A stretch of DNA of 10,521 nt from Pseudomonadota bacterium. Its GTDB lineage: Bacteria > Bdellovibrionota > FAC87 > UBA2466. Below are positions 7,135 through 10,521 of the stretch, piece by piece (positions within the stretch are counted from its first letter, which is position 1; each line of letters starts with the position of its first letter). The notes beneath the pieces were generated by a model. The model was given only the letters and a program-made list of their open reading frames with translations, had not been told where the DNA came from and ran no database searches. A program made the translations under genes and the position numbers. The stretch lies in assembly GCA_043767805.1 (NCBI GenBank), contig JAYUGC010000145.1:1-10521 (forward strand), given 5' to 3'.

Positions 7135-7808
7135 TAGGCGGCCGACTTTTTCGTAAGATTTTGGCTGAACTTCACGAGCCCCTGCTCGTCGGGGAGCAGG
7201 TAGCAGTCCGTCTTGGTGCGGACTATCAGGCCCTTGTCGACTAGAGCTTGGAGAGTCTCGGTGATCTTAGCGCGATCGAGATCCACGTAGTGGTGGATGC
7301 TATCGACGGAGAGCATGACTTCGGGCCCCTTCGGCGTGGCCTTCGCGCTGCAGCGCCGGTAGTAAAGAATGACGTAGATGAAACGCTCCATCACGTTCGA
7401 GGTGCGGAGCAATTTCACTAGCTGGTTCGCGCGATCGAAACGAACGGCCACGACTTTCAAAATTCCGCGCAGCAACGCGGTCATGACGCTCGGGTCTTCT
7501 TTTTCCATCGCGGTGAGATCGCGGGGCGAGAGCTCGATGGCGGTGGTCTCGATTTCAGCGCGCGCCGTAAAAGCTCTGAGGTAGGGGGCTTTCGAGAAGA
7601 GCACTTTCTCGCCGAGGATTTGGCCTTCTTCGAGAAGTCCCGCGACGTAGCTATCGTCGCCTTGTTCTCCGAGCAGAAGCACGCGTCCGGTCACGATGAG
7701 AAACATGGAGTGAGCCGATTCTCCTTGGGCGAAAAGCTCTTCGCCGGGGGCGTAGCTTTTTACGAATTTTTGCAGGCTCGGGTGGCGAGCTAAATCGATG
7801 GCATCCAT
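7134..7808 (-). CDS. CRP/FNR-family regulator A (cNMP-binding domain plus C-terminal winged HTH), 224 aa
   Basis: Motifs GEELFAQGE..MFLIVTG, GQILGE and RAFTARA. HTH-like LSVDSIHHYVDLDRAKITETLQALVDKGLI. SD AGAGGT lies 7 nt before the ATG. Confidence 0.88.
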   Translation of the reverse strand: MDAIDLARHPSLQKFVKSYAPGEELFAQGESAHSMFLIVTGRVLLLGEQGDDSYVAGLLEEGQILGEKVLFSKAPYLRAFTARAEIETTAIELSPRDLTAMEKEDPSVMTALLRGILKVVAVRFDRANQLVKLLRTSNVMERFIYVILYYRRCSAKATPKGPEVMLSVDSIHHYVDLDRAKITETLQALVDKGLIVRTKTDCYLLPDEQGLVKFSQNLTKKSAA

Positions 7809-7828
7809 GCAAGGTACCTCTTTGCTAC

Positions 7829-7856
7829 TTATCGGCTTATTTCAGAGGGTTCTGGA
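7829..7856 (-). promoter_or_regulatory. Candidate sigma28 (FliA/SigD-type) promoter for the CRP/FNR pair
   Basis: Exact GCCGATAA -10 box (7836-7829), with TCCAG (7856-7852) 15 nt upstream. The consensus is TAAA-N15-GCCGATAA, so the -35 is imperfect and 1 nt farther away. It sits just upstream of the SD. Confidence 0.55.
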
Positions 7857-7887
7857 GGTGAGGCCAGCTTTAAAGGAGGCGCCGCCA

Positions 7888-8268
7888 TTAGCGGTCGAAG
7901 GATTTGAGCCACTGATTCACGAGCGCGCTATCGGCGTTGTACGCGCCTTCGTAGATCTTCATCGAATTAGGAGAACGGGGCTCGACCAAAGTCTCATGGA
8001 GAATGGCGATCGGGTTCTTATTGGTGCCCGGCCGGTCAGGCACGCTGCGCGCGGTGCCATTGGCTACCGTGGTGGGCGCCGATAACGGAGCGGGCGCGGA
8101 AGCTCCGCCGCCTTCGCCCGTGGACGCGCCGCCCGCGGTTCCGCCTTCATCGGCCAGCTGGGCGCCTGGATTACCTCCCATATCCTGTCCGGCGCCGCCA
8201 TGGGGCTCGGCGAAGGCGAGGGAGCCCCAAAGGGCCAGGGTCAGGGCGAACGTTAGCTTTGAAAGCAT
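7888..8268 (-). CDS. Small secreted protein with Gly/Ala/Pro-rich low-complexity region, 126 aa (ATG 8268 or GTG 8271; the track's TTG 8301 is unlikely)
   Basis: Signal peptide MLSKLTFALTLALWGSLAFA-E, a disordered linker GGAGQDMGGNPG...GGGASAPAP, and a short ordered C-terminus. Confidence 0.72.
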   Translation of the reverse strand: MLSKLTFALTLALWGSLAFAEPHGGAGQDMGGNPGAQLADEGGTAGGASTGEGGGASAPAPLSAPTTVANGTARSVPDRPGTNKNPIAILHETLVEPRSPNSMKIYEGAYNADSALVNQWLKSFDR

Positions 8269-8284
8269 CACGTCTTTAGGAAAA

Positions 8285-8301
8285 TGCAGGACCGAGGCCA
8301 A
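8285..8301 (-). promoter_or_regulatory. Candidate sigma54 promoter for the small secreted protein
   Basis: Minus strand TTGGCCTCGGTCCTGCA has TTGGC, exact GG-N10-GC spacing and TGCA. It is a weaker match than the other two sites. Confidence 0.5.
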
Positions 8302-8317
8302 CGATTTTGGCCCTTCA

Positions 8318-8334
8318 CAATGTGTAACACATTG
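8318..8334. promoter_or_regulatory. 17-bp palindrome, putative operator and/or IHF-like site
   Basis: CAATGTGT-A-ACACATTG is a perfect 8-1-8 dyad in an AT-rich divergent intergenic region. It overlaps TAACACATTGAAA, which is one mismatch from the IHF consensus TAAnnnnTTGATW. Confidence 0.55.
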
Positions 8335-8390
8335 AAATCAGGACTTTTATTTTGCGAAAACGCTTTGACCGGTGCTTAGCTTCTTACCTT

Positions 8391-8419
8391 TTCCTTCGGA
8401 CCTAGACAGTCGGTATACT
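8391..8419 (+). promoter_or_regulatory. sigma70 promoter of the beta-barrel gene (probably leaderless)
   Basis: TTCCTT(8391-8396)-N17-TATACT(8414-8419), then 6 nt to ATG 8426. No SD is present. Confidence 0.6.
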
Positions 8420-8425
8420 GAAACT

Positions 8426-9100
8426 ATGAAGCCCTTGCTGATGGTGCTCCTGCTAGGCCTTGCGGTTCCTGGCTTTGCCGAGGAAGCGGATGAGTCCGTT
8501 GCTGAGTTAGCAGTGCCGCGGACGACTCACGTCGCGCAGGCGCTTCAGGCGCTCATTCAGGTTTCCATCGTCACTCCGCAGACCTTCACGCTCTCCAATT
8601 CGCTCTACGAAACGCCCTACGCGCAGAACTTTATCGGCATGCCTTCCCTTCAGGGCGGCCTCGCCATGCCGCTCTTTCTCGCGGGTGGAATCGAAGCGCA
8701 AGGAATCGGCACGCTCGGCTACGGTTTTAAAGAAGGCATCTTCAATTTGACGACGGTGGAAGGAAAACCCGCGCGCGACTTGATTCGTCTGTATCGTTTT
8801 CCGGCGTCTCTCGGCGTGAAATTTCTGTATCACATTCCGTGGCTCACCTTCGTGAAGCCTTCTCTCACGGTGGGCGGAGGCGCACAGCTCATCTTGCAGG
8901 CGGGACGGCTAGCCGGCTTCAGTGATAATTTTTGGATTCCGTATTACTACTTTTCGCCGGCGCTCACCTTTTTCGAGAACCGTGTTTCGACGGACTGGTT
9001 CGGCGGATTTACCTTCGGCATTTCTTACCAGAACGATCTGAGCCCCAGGCAGGTTCTCCGGGCTTGGTCTTTCGACTTAAGCGTTAATCTTTTTCTTTGA
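8426..9100 (+). CDS. Probable outer-membrane beta-barrel protein, 224 aa (start ATG 8426 rather than GTG 8372)
   Basis: Signal peptide MKPLLMVLLLGLAVPGFA-E. Amphipathic strands include GIGTLGYGF, ASLGVKFLY, KPSLTVGGG and GFTFGISY, and the terminal strand is WSFDLSVNLFL. Confidence 0.72.
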   Translation: MKPLLMVLLLGLAVPGFAEEADESVAELAVPRTTHVAQALQALIQVSIVTPQTFTLSNSLYETPYAQNFIGMPSLQGGLAMPLFLAGGIEAQGIGTLGYGFKEGIFNLTTVEGKPARDLIRLYRFPASLGVKFLYHIPWLTFVKPSLTVGGGAQLILQAGRLAGFSDNFWIPYYYFSPALTFFENRVSTDWFGGFTFGISYQNDLSPRQVLRAWSFDLSVNLFL

Positions 9101-9140
9101 GCCGTGAGATGTTAGGTTTTCCGCATTCTCCTCCCTCGTG

Positions 9141-10238
9141 TCAATTGCAGTAGCAGGCGATGGTGAAATCCGTTTTGTCGGCGTCTTTCGATTGGCCTGG
9201 CTTGTAACAGAAGGGGCCTAGGACGTCGGTGCGGATGTCCCCCATCGACGAGCACTCCCCCCAGCAGCCTTTCGAGAAGTTCACTTTGCCGATGGCGGAC
9301 GCGGGCCGCGCTTCGCCTGAAGCGCACTCGGCGCCGGCATCATCGCGCGCGGAAGCCATGCCCGCTTTGCGGCAAACGTCTTTGCAAGTTTGGAAGTTAG
9401 CCGCCTGCACCCATCGGCCTGCTTCACACGGTCTCCAGTTTATGGCGTAGTCCTGATTTACGTAGCCGTCCAACGAGTCCACCGTCATCAGGCCTTGGGG
9501 GCGCGACGACCGGCCACCCGCGAAGCCCACTTCAAAAGTGCCGCGGCAACCAAAGTTCACCCAAGCCTTCGAGCCTTTCGCGCCGAAGCTGATATTTTTC
9601 AAGCAGGCCGCGGCGGAATCTTTTTTGACGAGATAGATATCGCTGATGGCCTGACCCAACTCCACTTCGCTCTGTCTTCCGCTACTACTCGAGAGCTGAA
9701 TTTGTTGCTTCGGGCCGCGCGCTTCGACGCGCACGTTGGTGTCTATGTTGATGAGCGACCCTCCGCCATCTCCGCAGCGAGAAAACTCGGCGGCGCTAAT
9801 TGGAATGAGCACGCTATGTTGGTAGTCGTCTTGAAAAGGTCCTTTGAGGGTCAAAGGCGCGAGCTGCGTCCTCAAGCTGCTGGTCCCGAAGGAATAGGCG
9901 CTACTTTGCGAGCCCTTCGCTCCCGCCGGCAACTCCGCGTAGCCTCGGTAATCGATGCGGTAGAGCGCGAACTGATAGCCTCGAGGCGTTTCGATATCCA
10001 AAGTGACGCGGCAGTCTTTCTGCGCGAGCCCGCTCGGCGATTCGCCGACGTCGACCGAGTAGCGATCGAAGAGAAGCGTGAGCGTCGCTGTGTCTTTCGT
10101 GATCATCGAGGCGAGAGAGCCGGTCGGGCAACCCGTGCCGGAATGCTGAAAGCTTCTGAGGCGCACCGATTCAATGGGCGGGTTCGCCAAAGCCAACGTG
10201 TGCGTTAAGACCAGAGCCCCTGCCAACAGCTTTTTCAT
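9141..10238 (-). CDS. Secreted modular protein: DUF4360-like domain with inserted DUF3011-like module plus Cys-rich C-terminal domain, 365 aa
   Basis: Signal peptide MKKLLAGALVLTHTLALA. DUF4360-type motifs are GTGCP.GS, LLFDRY, KDC, P.GYQF...IDYRGYA.L, GPF.DDY, S.CG, TVDS.DG and W..C. The DUF3011-type motif is S..ACLKNISFG....AWVNFGCRGTF. SD GGAGGGAGG. Confidence 0.85.
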   Translation of the reverse strand: MKKLLAGALVLTHTLALANPPIESVRLRSFQHSGTGCPTGSLASMITKDTATLTLLFDRYSVDVGESPSGLAQKDCRVTLDIETPRGYQFALYRIDYRGYAELPAGAKGSQSSAYSFGTSSLRTQLAPLTLKGPFQDDYQHSVLIPISAAEFSRCGDGGGSLINIDTNVRVEARGPKQQIQLSSSSGRQSEVELGQAISDIYLVKKDSAAACLKNISFGAKGSKAWVNFGCRGTFEVGFAGGRSSRPQGLMTVDSLDGYVNQDYAINWRPCEAGRWVQAANFQTCKDVCRKAGMASARDDAGAECASGEARPASAIGKVNFSKGCWGECSSMGDIRTDVLGPFCYKPGQSKDADKTDFTIACYCN

Positions 10239-10263
10239 CCGCCTCCCTCCGACACTTTGTCAG

Positions 10264-10280
10264 AGCAATAGCGGTGCCAA
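10264..10280 (-). promoter_or_regulatory. sigma54 (RpoN) -24/-12 promoter for the DUF4360 gene
   Basis: Minus strand TTGGCACCGCTATTGCT matches TGGCAC-N5-TTGC exactly, within a 48-nt intergenic gap. Predicted +1 is near 10253, just before the SD. Confidence 0.85.
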
Positions 10281-10286
10281 CCGTAA

Positions 10287-10521
10287 TTAGTAGAAGCCGT
10301 ACTTGATGGTGAGCGTGAACGCGCGGTACGCGGCGGAGTTTACGCTCAAGTGATCGGCCGGGACGGAGAAGTCGAAGGTGCCGGTGAGATCCACGAGCGG
10401 TGTCAGAAAGTACGTCGAGGTCAGAAAGGCACCGATGGAACGCTCGTTCGAGTTGGGAAGAACGGCGCCGTTCTGCGCTTTGTCCGTAGTGTAAGTTTGG
10501 TTCGCGCCCGCGCCGAGGCTG
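10287..10521 (-). CDS. 3' end of a probable outer-membrane beta-barrel protein (partial)
   Basis: Not in the ORF track. The frame is open from the right edge: SLGAGANQTY...SIGAFLTSTYFLTPLVDLTGTFDFSVP...YRAFTLTIKYGFY*. It shows alternating hydrophobic strands and an aromatic C-terminal beta-signal. Confidence 0.75.
   Translation of the reverse strand, partial: SLGAGANQTYTTDKAQNGAVLPNSNERSIGAFLTSTYFLTPLVDLTGTFDFSVPADHLSVNSAAYRAFTLTIKYGFY

Noticed and set aside
6481..7808. Pycsar/CBASS-type defence interpretation of the cNMP-binding genes
   Set aside because: There is no cyclase, TIR, nuclease or TM effector domain. Both proteins have the ordinary CRP-type cNMP plus HTH layout.
9105..9130. Possible terminator hairpin between convergent genes
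   Set aside because: The pairing is interrupted and weak, and there is no U-tract on either strand.
9390..10208. 272-aa plus-strand ORF (and similar ones: 173-673, 657-1061, 1554-2213, 2241-2663, 3234-3713, 6554-6910, 8003-8335)
   Set aside because: These are antisense or alternate-frame shadows of well-supported genes, with no recognisable motifs or start signals.
1..10521. CRISPR array, tRNA/rRNA, IS elements, prophage, tandem repeats
   Set aside because: I found no regularly spaced repeats, cloverleaf or rRNA-like segments, transposase/integrase motifs or terminal inverted repeats. Intergenic gaps are all under 160 nt.

Overview
A GC-rich (roughly 55-60%) bacterial chromosomal segment with 12 complete and 2 edge-truncated genes. 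I found no RNA genes, CRISPR array, IS/transposase or phage genes. Left to right: 5' end of an exported protein (-); short MgtC/SapB membrane protein (-) divergent from a PPC/DUF296 protein (+); signal-peptide-bearing FAD-dependent amine-oxidase-family oxidoreductase (+); unknown polytopic membrane protein (-); NorM-type MATE exporter plus YqaA/DedA protein (+); unknown lipoprotein (-); two translationally coupled CRP/FNR-family paralogues with non-canonical recognition helices (-); small Gly/Ala/Pro-rich secreted protein (-) divergent from a probable outer-membrane beta-barrel protein (+); secreted DUF4360-like protein with an inserted DUF3011-like module and an 8-Cys tail (-); and the 3' end of another probable beta-barrel protein (-). 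The most notable unexplained structure is regulatory. Three exported-protein genes carry sigma54 (-24/-12) promoters, the CRP pair has a sigma28-like promoter, and at least two genes appear to be leaderless sigma70 transcripts. A Gram-negative Bdellovibrionota/Myxococcota-like host is my inference from gene style only. All family calls come from motif recognition by eye, not database searches.
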